From NCBI GenBank assembly GCA_000182565.2, contig KQ257454.1: a DNA stretch of 64,000 nucleotides; one strand, given 5' to 3'. Below, in pieces: positions 1 through 13,200 of the stretch; the stretch's first letter is position 1; the number at the start of each line of letters is the position of its first letter. The stretch is from Spizellomyces punctatus DAOM BR117. Its lineage: Eukaryota. Made by a program: the position numbers and the translations under genes. The notes under the pieces were generated by a model, which ran no database searches, had not been told where the DNA came from, and saw only the letters and a program-made list of their open reading frames with translations.

Positions 1-37
1 CGTGCGCCTTTCGTTGAAGTTCTAGTATTGAATTCAT
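1..37 (-). CDS. PRP9: Splicing factor SF3a60/Prp9, N-terminal fragment (gene runs off the window start)
   Basis: Minus-strand ATG at 37 reads MNSILELQRKAH, resembling the SF3A3/Prp9 N-terminus (METILEQQRRYH). Only 12 codons are visible. Confidence 0.55.
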   Translation of the reverse strand, partial: MNSILELQRKAH

Positions 38-278
38 ATTCAGTGGCAGAGGGAAGCGATGGGAGGGTGGTTTGTGCGAGGCGGATGTCAACGGTGGAGA
101 GCTCTTTAATGAGATGAAGCTTCGATCGCAGATCGCAGATCAACCAGCCTTGCAAGAGCACTTGGTCTGCGCAGCGATTGGTTGCCATAGCAGCAGCTGC
201 ATCCCAATTCAACTGTTCACATCGCAAATTGCTCCATTGCTCCTATTTGACTAGCTACCCAAGAAACATACCTTCAAA

Positions 279-692
279 ATGAGCATGGGTTCGAGGTAGA
301 TATCGTTTGTTAGCTCGTCGCTTTTTCCTATCTCACACAAGAACTTCTCATTTATCAGCTGGCAACGCTTTTCCCGGCCGGACCCACCGGAACGCGGGGC
401 ATTCCCGCTGGACCTCAACGGCGAATGCAAAGACCTAGTAAAAGTTTACTTGAGCTGCGTGAAACAAGCAAAAGGAGATAATACGAAATGCAAACCCCTA
501 GCTAAAGACTATTTGAAATGCCGAATGGACCAGTTGAGTGATTTGAATATGCTCTTGTTACTCCAGTGTACATATATCTCAACGAGATATGTCATATCTA
601 GCGGTTTAATGACAAAAGACGAGTTCACAAATCTAGGATTTCATGATGAACTTGCAGCACAGAAGAAAATACCTAGCGAATCAACGTCGTAG
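279..692 (+). CDS. COX19: Cytochrome c oxidase assembly factor Cox19 (twin CX9C), 3 exons
   Basis: Spliced product contains PPERGAFPLDLNGECKDLVKVYLSC...CKPLAKDYLKCRMDHGLM..LGF, the typical Cox19 motif set. Confidence 0.9.
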
Positions 693-829
693 TCACCTAA
701 TCCCCGTGTACATAAACCCTTGTAGATAGAGCAATTGTATGTAAACTAATTCACTACTTGATCTTGACTCGAGATATCGAATATACAGTCTATTATGAAG
801 CAACGTGAAGTATCTACATTATCTCAAGC

Positions 830-3694
830 TCAAGCTTTGCTACCACTACCAAGGGCCTCCAATTGCTTCATAAAAGCCTTTGGCGTGACCAATTCGGTTG
901 ATCCATATGTAATCCGCTTTCGCTGCACGGACGCTCGCTATTCAAAACACATTCATTACTATGGCCAACATGTTTCGGTCATCAACGTACTAAGCGTACC
1001 TGAGTGTACTCTGTTAGGTTTTGGTACTCCAGATAATTTCCACCCCCCACAACAAACACGATGGCCTCCTGGAAAGGCGTTCGACTACGCTGCTGCTTAG
1101 GAGCAGCACCCCGTGGCAGTTTGGGGTCCAGATAAAGATACTCCTCCGTGTCGGGTCCATCTTTGTGTTCCATCATCGCATCCACTATCCGAGTCGCAGG
1201 GCAGTCCTTGCGAAGAGGGAGCAAATTCTTCACACCAGACACCAAGTTCTCAAAATGGCCAGACACCCCCGCATCTTTCAAATGATCGGTAAGCTACAGT
1301 ATCGTTACACATTTAGTCCGTGAACAAGAAGTGCACCATAACATACGCCTGCACCTTAGACCCAATTGAAGTAAATCTGCCCAGTAGATCATTAGCCGCT
1401 GATTGCTGTGGTGGAGGCACATTCGCAACAGTATTCATTCGGGAGAATGCCCGTACCCTTGTAATATCACAAAGCCTTGGTTACACGGGTGACGGTCGGC
1501 CAGCACAGACTGTTTACTCACTGTTTGAGATAGTGAACGGCGTTCACGTTACAACCCGCTTCTGCTAAGGCAGTCTCGTATTCGCCCAGATCTTCTTTTG
1601 AGACAGCTTCGGTAGACAGATAGTAGACACTGAACAGTCGAAGTTTATCGTCGGGAGATTTCTTCGGATCTCTTATGGCTTCCATTATGTTGCCCTTACT
1701 CTGCATATTTCGGTGCCATTGTTACAGACAGCTTCTTATTGCCAATTTCTCAGTCTACGACGATACCTGTTTTGAAATGGACTCCTCCATGGAGAAGAAC
1801 TGATCGAGATGTCGCTCCTGAATCGTCCGTAGCAAGGCCGTTGCAATGTTCATATGCATATCCAATAGCCTCTTTCGCTCCGTCAATTCCGGCAGTTGCT
1901 TAATTGCTGACGTCAGTCCTTTGGCACCGCTGCTAAAATCACTATAGACGATGGAAGTTAACAACGGTCATGTCGCCAGGCATTTGATAAAGCCCTCACT
2001 TTGGATCTACTTCATCCAAAGAGTTCACTCCACATGACTTTGTGACTTGATCCACGTCTGCCTTATATCGATTAATTTCGACATCGACGTCCTCTGGTAG
2101 GCGAGATCAGTTGACAGCTAGCAAAAAATCTGCTGAGGCAAGTGGCCCTTCCTACCAGCGACTTGTGGGAACGGATTTGACGCGTTCTTTCTCCAGAAAA
2201 AGTCGTTGACGTCGATGTCAAAGGTTTTACGCTTTCGCTGCCCACCCTCTTCATCCTTTTTGCATAGTTCGCAATGGTTATTTATATGAACCCTGTCAGA
2301 TGAGTAGTGCTGAACAGGTCTTACCACTATAGTCACCCTGTTCAACTTCATGTCAAAGATGTCATGCACCAGCGTTGCATATGTCCATGTGTGATTCAGC
2401 ATCATAGTCAAGTCAAGATTTCGATCGAGGATAATCAGCACTGTCGAGCACATGTGGCACCGTTAGGTGCGCATTGCCGCCATAGCAGCTCCATCTTTGC
2501 CTTACCTGGTCGAGACAAATTCCTTGTCACAGACAGGTTATCCATGAAGAGATTTGCACGGGTATTCAGCATATGATCGCGTAATCTACTCTCAAGTTTC
2601 GTTGCGACCACTTCTGCCGCATTTCCTCGTTGACTACGGATAATAGGCACGACACCTATGGTGTAAGAGCCAGGAGCTCAGAGAAAAGTCATTGTTCGAT
2701 ATCAGGTGATATCCCATACCAAGCGTGACCAAAACGGAGAACAGTGAGCCGACGATTTTGTCCAGCAGTGACTCTATACGGGATTCGGATGACGTTGGGT
2801 CGTTAAGGCTTTGGTACGAATCCTCCATTTGCAGTGAAAACATGTTGTTATCCAAACAGACATAGTCGAGATATTGGTCATACACCTGTAGCATGAACGG
2901 GGATTTCTCAACATTGAGCGATCACGTCATTCAAGACAGGCTTTACTGGTAATGCAATGTACAAACCTGCGCAACGTCGCCCGACACACCCGTGGAAATA
3001 GCGGTCGCAGCGAGATCCTCCAAAAGAGGTCGAGGAACGGAAGACAAGAAGTTGATGTAATATGACTCGTACAATTGCTTTCCGAAATCCTACAAGCACC
3101 ACAGCAATGCGGACCACACTTAGCGCACACTTATGAAAAGTGTTCCATTCCGGCCGCTTTGTCTTACATCGCCTATTCTCTTTATATTTTCGGCTGTGGG
3201 TTGGACCAAATAGATTGCGGGCACATCCGGAATCGGGAGGCGGTCACTGTATAAGGGCCTGGAGAAAGCTTTGCGATCAGCTTTCTGAAATACTACGCAC
3301 CCGTGCTCAAACAGCCCCACAAAGCAAGGTTGCAATCCAAGAGTGTGTCAGTCAGGCTGAACATTAACTCACATATGGACGGTAATTCCCTGTTCGCGTA
3401 AATCGTTCACCTTTACCAACGGCGATATGACATCTTGCCCTAATTTGTCATAGATGAGAACCTTCCAGACGGGATCTGTTATCGCAAGCGTTGTGGTAGA
3501 AGACGCAGTAGCAGCCGACGCGGTATCTGGCAAAGCACTATCTACAATCGCATCCCTGGTGTTGAGGTTGAGCAAAGTGAAAAGGGCCTCTAAATGAAGG
3601 GGAACGCTTAGAGACCCGGACAACAAAACCATCGCTCGACTACATCCAAAATGTCACCTTTTTGTTGTTCCCTCAAAGACTTGGGAGCGCTCAT
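830..3694 (-). CDS. SLY1: Sec1/Munc18-family vesicle trafficking protein Sly1, multi-exon
   Basis: [11 protein letters not shown] start, then [67 protein letters not shown] and ITYGSTEL near the end; stop at 830-832. Confidence 0.93.
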
Positions 3695-3916
3695 TGCTAG
3701 AGCTAAGGTGTGCAGTTTCGACCTTCGAGCCCGTTGACCGATAGAGCCACGGACACTTGGCTGCGCATCGCCACACCCGCCTGTGGCACAGTCAGCTAGG
3801 ACAATTGAAGCTGCGATTTCAGATGCCTCTGCATCCAAACTAAAGGCCTACTAGTGATGACACCGTAAGACAAATCAAAGAAAACAAAATACAAATGAGA
3901 TCTATCGGCGCTTCAG

Positions 3917-4298
3917 CTACGCAGGACACAGCAGAGTGATGTTGTCCCCTTTAAGAAGGATCCTTCCTAGCTGCTTTGTAGTCTTGTCAGGTAAATTATG
4001 CTCTTCGGCATCATCCAACACCAAGTTCATGAATTCATCAAAACCCTACATGAAAGGAACATACTAAGCCTTGACAGGATAACATTAGACCAATACCGAT
4101 CTTTTCACATACGAGGATCTGACCTTCCATCCTGATATCAACCTTTTCGAAAAGCCAGATCTGAACTCTTACTTTCTATCGTTCGTACATGAGCTAGGAA
4201 ACGAGAGATTGTGCTTCCATCTGTCATACCTGCTGCAGCAACCGGAATATCAGGTTGATGGGTGCAACCATAATCTTTTGAGCTTTTACTGATGACAT
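3917..4298 (-). CDS. SME1: Small nuclear ribonucleoprotein Sm E, 3 exons
   Basis: [23 protein letters not shown] / [21 protein letters not shown] / [15 protein letters not shown]...[14 protein letters not shown], joined across two GT-AG introns. Confidence 0.95.
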
Positions 4299-4480
4299 TT
4301 TGTTAGATGGCACTTTGGTCTGCAGCTTTGGGGAGGCAAGATGGAACAAAGTCTGTAAAAACACAGATCGCATTACGTACATTTCATTTCGGCTCAAAGA
4401 GGCTACATGACGTGGCTTAGGATCTGAATTCTTTTTGGCGGACGACACCGTCGACTTGCTGCATTCAAGAATGTGAATTC

Positions 4481-7400
4481 ATGTCTCCGGTAAAGAAAAT
4501 GACGATAAAAAAAGAGAAGAACCCTGGCCGAACGACAGGATCTGAAACACAGTCCATGTCTACGAGTGAGCTTCCGCAATCGGAGAACAGCAACCTCGAG
4601 TCGGATGCACCAAGAATCCCTGCTGACTCCACTGCAGCAACTCCACCGACAACACCCACCGCATCTACTAGCCAGCTACCTCCACATCCCGCCGACCGCT
4701 CCCGCACGACCCTTTTTGTCTCGACTATTCCTTATAATGCCACAAACGAGCAACTCCAAGAGTTCTTCTCGGAGATCGGTCCAGTACGGACCAGTTACGT
4801 TGTGGCCGATAGAGAGGCTAGCGAATTCAGGAACAAGGGTTATGGATATGTCACTTACGCCCTTCCTGAGGACGCACTCAGAGCCATAAAAGAGTTGAAA
4901 AAGACAAAATTCATGGGCGTGCGTACTTTGAAGATAGAGTACGCGTACAAAAAAAAAGTCGCAGAGGAAAGGAAGGCAGCTGGTCTTCCCGTAGAAGGGG
5001 AGACGCAGCCCATAAAGAAGATGAAAGCTGACGGAAATAAAACCGGATCCACTCCATTCAGTAAACCGCGAGACCGACCGACAACGATTCTGATATCCGG
5101 CCTTGGTGTGGATATCAACAAGAAGCAAATTTACAAGAAGAGCAGAAAGTTTGGTGACATCAAGGAAGTCATTTTTCCAGTATTAAAAGGCGACGTACCG
5201 GTTCCTGGTCAGGCCCTTGTTGTGTACTCCAGCGGAAAAGATGCGGAAAATGCGATCAAGCATCTTGACGAGCATCAGTTTAAAGGACACAAAATACAGG
5301 CCAAAAATGTAGCTGAAGAGCAAAGAGAAGCGAAACGAGCACGGCTGATTGTTCGCAATCTTCCATGGCAGTGTACAGTGGAGCATCTTCGCAAAGTATT
5401 TGGCAAACACGGCATTATTGTGGAGTGTTCTGTACCGCAAGGCGAGAACGGAAAAGCACGTGGCTTTGGATTTGTACAGTTTGCTACACCAGGGGAGGCG
5501 GAAAAAGCCACCGAAGCAATTAACGGGACCGAAATTATGAAGCGGACGGTGGCTGTTGATTGGGCCTTGCCAAAAGCACAGTATGATCGGGTAGTGGCGG
5601 AAGAAGAAGTTGGGGATGAAGAAGACATAGAACAAGATGACCAAGAAGAAGAAATTGGGGATGAAGAAGACATAGAAGAAGATGACCAAGAGGGAGAAGA
5701 AGAAGATGCCGAAGCCAGTGTCTACATTGATACCGAAGGAAGGGAGGAAGAACCAGAGGAAGGACAAAACCAGTCAGAAGAAGACGATGGGGACGATGAT
5801 GGGGAAGAAGATGAGGATGCAGACGGAAGCAGAAGCGAAAGTGGTGAAGAAAGTGCGAGTGATGACATTGAAGTATCTTTTGATGACCGGAAGTCGGACG
5901 TGGAAAATGATATACAGGAACAACCGGTCCCAAAGCGACGAGATTCCGCAAACAAAGGATTGAGCGCTAATGTCACCGAGAGTTGTACATTGTTCATTCG
6001 AAACCTGTCCTTCGACACTTCTGAGGAAGAGCTGTCTGCCGCGTAAGTGCCTTGTATACAAAAGCCTGGCCTGTCATGTTTATCTTACGGTGAAAAACTA
6101 GATTGTCTACGTTTGGGCCTCTCCGGTACGCCAGGATTACAGTTGACAAAAGTACTGGTCGATCTCGTGGAACTGGTTTTGTCTGCTACAAGCGGCAGGA
6201 AGATGCTGCTGAATGCTTAGCCGCATATGATAAGGCAAGCAAAGCAGCGGCGCTACTTGAAGCGGAAAATCATGTTGGCGATGCGGATGCAAAAGCCGCA
6301 AAACGTCAGAAAAAGCTGCAACCTTCCAAATCGATTCTAATGCCAGAACCGTCTCTGACCGCCGGTGCCACTCCATTCCTTGTCGGTGGTCGCTTCCTTA
6401 ATATCACGCTGGCGGTTAATCGCAAGCAAGCTGCTGAGCTTGCGGAAGAAGGCAAACTGCGCCGGCGGGCAGAAGACAAGCGGAATTTATATCTCATGAG
6501 GGAGGGTGTGATCTTCCCAGAATCCGACGCCGCCAAAAGCATGACACCTTCCGAGCTTTCAAAGCGACAGGAAAGCTTTGCTCAAAGAAAGCGATTGCTC
6601 ACGATAAATCCTAACCTATATATATCCCGTACGCGGTTGAGTGTACGGAATTTGGGGCTCAAGGTAGACGATAAAGAGTTGAAAAAAGTCGCGTTGCTTT
6701 CAGTGAAAAAATTCTGGGACGAAGTGAAGAAAGGGGAGCGCGAGGGAATGGAGCCTGAGGTAATCAAAGAGGAAGAGGATGAAGGCCGGGCAGCTCCATC
6801 TGGTACCCGAAAGACAGTTCTGAAACAAGCCAAGATCCTGCGGAGCAAAGATCGCATCGACGGAACTACAAAACTGCCACGGTCTAAAGGTTACGGTTTC
6901 ATTGAGTTTGAATCACACGCGGACGCACTTGCATGCCTTCGATGGTTGAATAACAACCCACGGGCATTTGCACCACCACCTTCGAAGAAGGAAGATGCTG
7001 ACATGCAGGCCATTGAAGAACCGACTTCTTCGCGCGGTAAGCGCCCCATTGTGGAATTTGCTATTGAGAACCGCCAGGTCATGAAAAGAAGAGAGGAGCG
7101 CGAGGGACAGCATAAGAGTGCTAAACGTAAGCGTCAGGGTGAGGAGGATGGTGAGAGCGGTCAACCGGCGAAGAAGCGATTCGGCGAGACATGGAAAGAA
7201 AGAAGGTTGGCTCAAAAGGCGAAGAAACTGTTGAAACAGGGCGATACGCCGAAAGAGCAAGGTGTGGCCGCTGGAGCTGCGGTTGAGACCCACAAAAATC
7301 AAAATGCGGCGAAAAACAACAAGCGAAAGCGGGATCAGGGCGGCTCAGAGAAGATAGGCCCTGCGGCGAAGAAGAACGCGAAGGAACCAGGGAAGTCTAA

Positions 7401-7665
7401 GGATGGCAAATTGACTCCCAAGGTAGCGGCAGAGATCAAGCCCAAACCAAAGTCCACTGCGGTCCCAGCACCTCCAAGCGAGGACAAAAAGAAAAAGAAG
7501 AAGCCAAAAACCACTAAAGTCGAAAGACGAGACCAACGAGAAGAACAGAATTTCGATAACTTAGTGCAGAAGTACAAGAAGAACTTGTTTGGCGGTGCCA
7601 GCAAGGAGGCATCACGGGGAAGTACAACAGGTGGGGAAGGTGGGATCAAGAGATGGTTTGCGTAG
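4481..7665 (+). CDS. NOP4: Nucleolar RRM protein Nop4/RBM28 (60S biogenesis); intron 6043-6101
   Basis: Multiple RRMs (TLFVSTIPY..KGYGYV; LIVRNLPW..RGFGFV; TLFIRNLSF..RGTGFV), an acidic linker, DKRNLYLMREG, NPNLYISRTRLSVRNL, RSKGYGFIEF and RPIVEFAIEN. Confidence 0.92.
5600..5689 (+). repeat. In-frame 45-bp tandem duplication in the Nop4 acidic linker
   Basis: EEEVGDEEDIEQDDQ (5600-5644) and EEEIGDEEDIEEDDQ (5645-5689) differ at 2 of 45 nt. Confidence 0.9.
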
Positions 7666-7817
7666 TCTTACATATATCTATCATGTTGCAATTTGTGTTG
7701 GAATCGTAATCGAATATGCTTATTAAGATTTAAAGATATGGCACATGGCAATGATCATACCAGATGGCTAACTGCGGAAAAGCACATCTCACAGGGGTCA
7801 CTTCCAACAAAATGGAA

Positions 7818-8966
7818 TTATGCCCAACGCCCAATGATGGCCATGGCCAATGCGCCTAACCACAGGAAGAAAAAATGAAGAAGCGTCTCCTTGCTTGCTG
7901 TCCGCCACGTCTGTGCCTGGAAATGGGGGACGACGATGTTTACCAACCCATCATAAAGTAATATCCCTGCAGATAAGGCATCGAGGACCCCAGTCGAGAT
8001 GAGGGCCTGCGTAGCATTCTCATGATCTAATGGCGGAACAGTCGTTCATCATTCGTTGCATCAAATTGAGCAATATGAAAATGATCGGGTAACTTACAAT
8101 TGTGATTCAAAGCGATTCCTATAATGATGCCCACGGGTGTAGTCAGCGAATAGAACAAGACCATGCCGATTGCTATCATCTTTTTCTTAAGGTCAGCGTC
8201 CATGACGACAGTAGACACAGCAAGGCCTTCAAAAAACTGGTGGAAGCATAACGCAATAAGGAGACCTTTAAACTCCTCCCGCGCGGCACCTAAAGTAACT
8301 CCGATGATGATAGAGTGGGAGGCGATCCCAAGTTCAAGAACATAGGTCATGACAGTTTTCTCTGCGTCTGCTAAGATCAGACTGTGAACATGTGCTTCGT
8401 CTGCATGGCTGTTCGCATACTGGTGTATCATATGAGGTTCAGGTTGGCCCCGTTCGAGGGTTCTGGTCCTGACATCGTTTGCATACGCGGTGGTTGAAGT
8501 GTCGGAGGCCTTGTGCTTCCCATGATGTAGAATTACCATGGCGCTGTATTGCATGAAATGTGCAAAAAAGGCGCCGAGGAGAGCAATGGCGCCAGCCCAT
8601 GCCGAGTAATCCTGAAAATGGGCTGGCAGGCAGGGATCGGTTAGCTGCATCTGAGCAGGCATCAGCATGTGGATAAAGGCAGTGGCGAGAATTACGCCTG
8701 CCCCAAAGAGCTTGAGACATTGAAATGGGAGCTTCCCAAACTTTTGACGATGGGGAAGATGGTGTTTATGGTTTGCGTTTCCTACCACAACACTACAATA
8801 ACTTGCTCACCTTCTCTTTCGCCGTCCTTCTTCCCAAAATTGGTAGCATGGTTCCCAGAAAGGACAGTGCCATAATGATAAAGATGGCAGCAATATGAAG
8901 TGCCATGTTGTATTCTCCTTCAACCTCCGCCGCACACGGATCTGCCGCATTATCGGGAGCGTCCAT
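7818..8966 (-). CDS. ZIP-family zinc/iron permease (Zrt1/Zrt2-like), 3 exons
   Basis: DPCAAEVEGEYNMALHIAAIFII, FGAGVILATAFIHML, a His-rich loop, LELGIASHSIIIG, LCFHQFFEGL and the MAIIGRWA* terminus. Confidence 0.92.
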
Positions 8967-9412
8967 TGGATCGTTAGAGAGTGGTCAAAGTGGATCTTAT
9001 TTGAAATTGCGAGAGGAGAGGTAGTTGGAGTTGAAGAAACGAACACTTATTGACGCGAGAAAAGGGGGGTAGACGGAGAGCTGGCCTTCCTTCCACAGTA
9101 GGGGCGGTTGGCAAACGCTTTTGAAAAGTTAGCGAGGTCATGACCGTGTTTTATCGACTAATTGAATGTGTCATTACCTACTGAAGAGTATAGCTTATTC
9201 AATTGACGAGTGAGCCGAGCGATAAGACACGTAAAGCTTTAGAGACAAAAGGCCGAAAGACAGTTCGGAGGGGCGGGGATTCTAGATTACTGAATTTCGA
9301 GTGCCTCACCGGTTACTGCGCCTCACACGAGAATTAAGGTTTGGCTGGTACCTCGGGTCGCGTTGGCAAATCGTCTATTAGCGAAGGACAGTTTTGCTGG
9401 TGACAGTGAACG

Positions 9413-10166
9413 ATGGCTTCCGCCTACGGTGCAATAAGTGGCCCACAGTCCAGAGCGGAGCTACCCCTTCCAATGCAGCTAACACTCAAGGATGGCTTCA
9501 CCGCAACGCTCAGCAGGGTCGAATCCTTTGACACCGAGTTGACCGAACGCATTCGTTTGCTTTTGAATGCAGAGATAGAAGCGGGAAATACCTATCCTCA
9601 GGTGATGGATTGAAGCTGAAGCCACGTCATTCCCCAGCTCTACCTTGTCGCAGTTTGCTGATATCTTGTGACACAATCAGGAAGAAGCGTTAGATGAGGC
9701 GTCTTTTGCAAACTATTTTTTATCTGGGGACGCTTTTGCTGTTCGCAGGAACTCTGACCATGAACTGCTTGGGACTTTTTACATCAAACCAAACTTTCCT
9801 GGTCGTTGTTCACACGTGAGTGCATTCTGTTTCCCCGGAATGCCTCCGCCGCGTGCCTAATCCCTCCGTGGCTGTTAGATATGCAACGGGGGATTCATAG
9901 TCTCAGGAGCATCGCGCGGACTAGGGGTAGGTAGAGAGATGGCAAAAGCTTTCTTGGTCTTAGCGCCAATACTTGGATATCAAGCATCCATGTTCAATCT
10001 TGTATTTGAAACAAACACTGCCTCGGTGAACCTCTGGCAATCGCTGGGATTCCAGCAGATTGGAAGGGTTCCGAAAGCCGGTCGTCTCCGACGGAGCGAT
10101 GGGGAAGGAGAAGTGTATGTAGACGCATTAGTTTTCTACTACGATTTTACAAACTTAGCGTCCTGA
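9413..10166 (+). CDS. GNAT N-acetyltransferase, Mpr1-like (L-azetidine-2-carboxylate acetyltransferase family), 3 exons
   Basis: MASAYG start, then GNTYPQE, GTFYIKPNFPGRCSHICNGGFIV, RGLGVG, GYQASMFNLVFETN and LGFQQIGRVPKAGRL. Confidence 0.85.
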
Positions 10167-10245
10167 GGCTCTCTGAGAAAGTGCGTGGGCAATCATATAT
10201 ATGTATTTAGTTCTTGTGCCAAGAGGTCAAGAAAGGCTTGACTCA

Positions 10246-13200
10246 CTAAATAGCAAATTCGGCAATTCCCTCAACATCTATCCTTACACGCCCATCGCTA
10301 TCCAAACGCGCCCATTCTGTCGTCAATTTCACAGCATCACCCACTGCATCCTCCACCTCCCGCCGAATACCTGCTTCGGCCATTCCGTACATGTCCTTTG
10401 GAATCCAGAGAGTCAAGGGTGCCGAACGCGCAGATGGGGGCGCCAGCTGTTCGGTAAAGTCTGAGGGTCCAAGATAATGTCGCTGCGGATTGGCCATTGC
10501 GGAAGCATTCACCCGCGGGGAAGTTGAAGGCACTGACTCCGGGTCCATATCAGAATCGTCATTTGAGGCATTTGATTCGGAATCGTCGCTGGCTGCTATC
10601 GACTCGGACCTCAGTATAATGGGGTTTTCTAAATATAGCTGATCCGTTTGCGGTGCTGGATGTTCGTTAGAATGCTCCTGTTGTTGTTTGGACTCGGAAA
10701 TTGTTTCCGCACTTGTTCCAGCTTTTCTTGACTTGTACCTCTTCTTCACCTTTGCAAGCACCTTGTGTATGCGCTCAGCCGTCTGTCTAGTTATCCGTTG
10801 ATTCCATTTCAAGATCTCGGCTGAGCCTTTGGCAATTTTGTTCTCGTTTCGGCGCACCCGATCGCGTACATACATTCCCTGCTCCGCATCCTCTACCGCA
10901 TCCGTCCCAATCATTCTTTCTTCCATTTTTAACACAGCCTTAGCCGGGGCCGCGGCCATAAGGGGTTTGTAGAGATCGGCGTGACGGTGGCATAAAACGG
11001 TTATAGCCAGAGCAATCGCCATGATTGCGCTTTGAGCGAATGCCCTCTTCAAAAGAAAAAGACCCAGCAGCACGAGCTGGTGAAGGTACACGCCCACAAA
11101 AAGCTGACGAGCGGCTGTATGCAGGTATAGTCCACCGGTTTGAGCCAAATGGCTGTAGACATATCTGTGGAAAACCGCAAAAAATGAATCGCATGCATAG
11201 ATAACATGAAGAATCCTTACTTACTGCATCTGATACCCATAAGCAACGGCGTAAGATCCAAAGTACAAAACTACAAAAACGAGTACCAGCGGTGCAACTG
11301 TACAATAGGTCAATCCAACTGTCGCCACGAACGAATGCTGAGCCATGATTGGTCCGGGCATGAACACATTTGTCTTGGACCATTCCTTGATACCCCGCGG
11401 TGTGACTCCGAACAATCTCAACATAGTTGGCTTAAGGATTAGAGTGGCGAGTTGCAGCAACTCTCCGGATGGACCACCGAGAGCGAGCAGCATGATGTAG
11501 TTGACGAAAAAATTTGAGACGGTCGGAATTGATGTGGCTAAAATGGAGAGAATCCGGGAAGGATATTCTATCATGTTGACAACGGCTGTGAATAATGAAC
11601 CGGATATTGTTATCACTAGGAGAATGTTGAAAACCTGTTAAGTGTCAGACGATGAATAGGATGAAGAAGCTCTGGTACGACAAATAGTAAGTTACCAGAA
11701 ATATGTAATAGAAGACCAACAATCGCCTTTCGATCTGTGTATATGTTGGTTGTCCAGCAAAATGTGATAAACCTGCCCGACCGACGAACTTCAGTGAATA
11801 AAGCAAAACGACACGAGCGATAGAAACACAGAAACTGACGTCTCATGATTATGGGAATCAGCTGAAATACCACAGATACTGCGACCGTCGGGACAACACC
11901 TTGAATGACTCCTCTGACAGCAGGACTAAAATTGTTGAAGAAGCCCAAGAAAGGGGCGTACTGAAGCAGAGATAAATCCAACTTATCTCTGTAACTGTGG
12001 TACTTTAAAACTTACGTAGATCAACTTATCAAGAGAAGCTAGGGAGGATAAAAAGGTAGCTTCATGATGGGAAAAAGACGTCAGCACCCAAGCTATGAAT
12101 TCAGTACAGTCTGGATACTCACTGATGGTAGCCCAGAAAACTGTCACGGTTAACGTTACTGCCGTTGCAAGCAGCATTCTGCCACGTCTTTGCAAATACG
12201 GCACATCCAGATTCTCCCAGCTAGATCGATTGAGGAACGTTTAATGGCCTCGAATATGATCTTTTACTGACAACATCTTACATAACGTCATCAGGGTTTA
12301 CACATGCATAGCGATCGGCCATTACTCCAGGCCTGTCGTGTATATGGGCAAGAGCGGCAACGTGAGGTGAAAATATGTCTGTAAAAAGGACGAATGCGGC
12401 GCCTTGGTAAGATTTTTCCGAAGAATAGAGTCGGAGACGCCTCGTGGTGTGCTTTCTGCACACTGCCTGAAGTGTTTGGAGGCTTGTGCTTATGGCGTCT
12501 GCTTTATGCCCGAGAACGTACATTTTGCGACGTGTTGGACGGCGGACGGAGAGAGGAGATGGAGACGGTGGCAATGTCTTGGACGATCGCCCTGCGGCTT
12601 CTGTCTCATTGTTGGGTATGGGTGAATCTATACATTCATCCCACACGAAAGATGAATCAATGCTGCCCACAAACATCTCTCGCCGTTCTTCCAGAGAGGT
12701 GTCAGAAGCGATCTGAATGGCGATTGAATTGTCCACTTTTTTATCGGGGCATGGATTATCCGTTTGCTCGTCAGAGGAACCTTTGACATCGTATTCGTCT
12801 GGCGATATCTCCATTTCCGTTAAACGATTTGAGTCTGAAGCGTGAGGTCGTTCGACGGGGCCTTCCTCATTGTCGCGATGATGAATTTCTTGCATCTACG
12901 GTGGAATAACAATTATGATCAAAACATACGATAGCGTGCTTTTATCGTGCAAGTCCTGTAACCGCACCTCTGTGCCAATTTCTTCCTCATGTGCTCCCTG
13001 TTCCAGATCTGGCGTGATACTACCCTTTCGTCTATTGCCCCCCTGCTTTCGCATAATGTTTTGCAAGTATTTTGTTATCTCCTTCTCGACGGTATCTCTT
13101 GCAGTACGACGTCTCTCCGCATATCGCTCCAATGTTTTGCTTCTTTTCAATGCCACCACTGCGTGGACACATCCCGGCTGAACCCGGTCGAATAACCGGT

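Noticed and set aside
4465..7649. Many long antisense ORFs over NOP4 (Phe/Ser/Leu-rich)
   Set aside because: These are shadow frames of the GAA/AAG-rich Glu/Lys codons on the coding strand.
9107..9370. GTTGGCAAA repeated twice in the ZIP/GNAT divergent promoter
   Set aside because: Two 9-mers that match no zinc-responsive consensus I can name. They cannot be distinguished from chance without comparative data.
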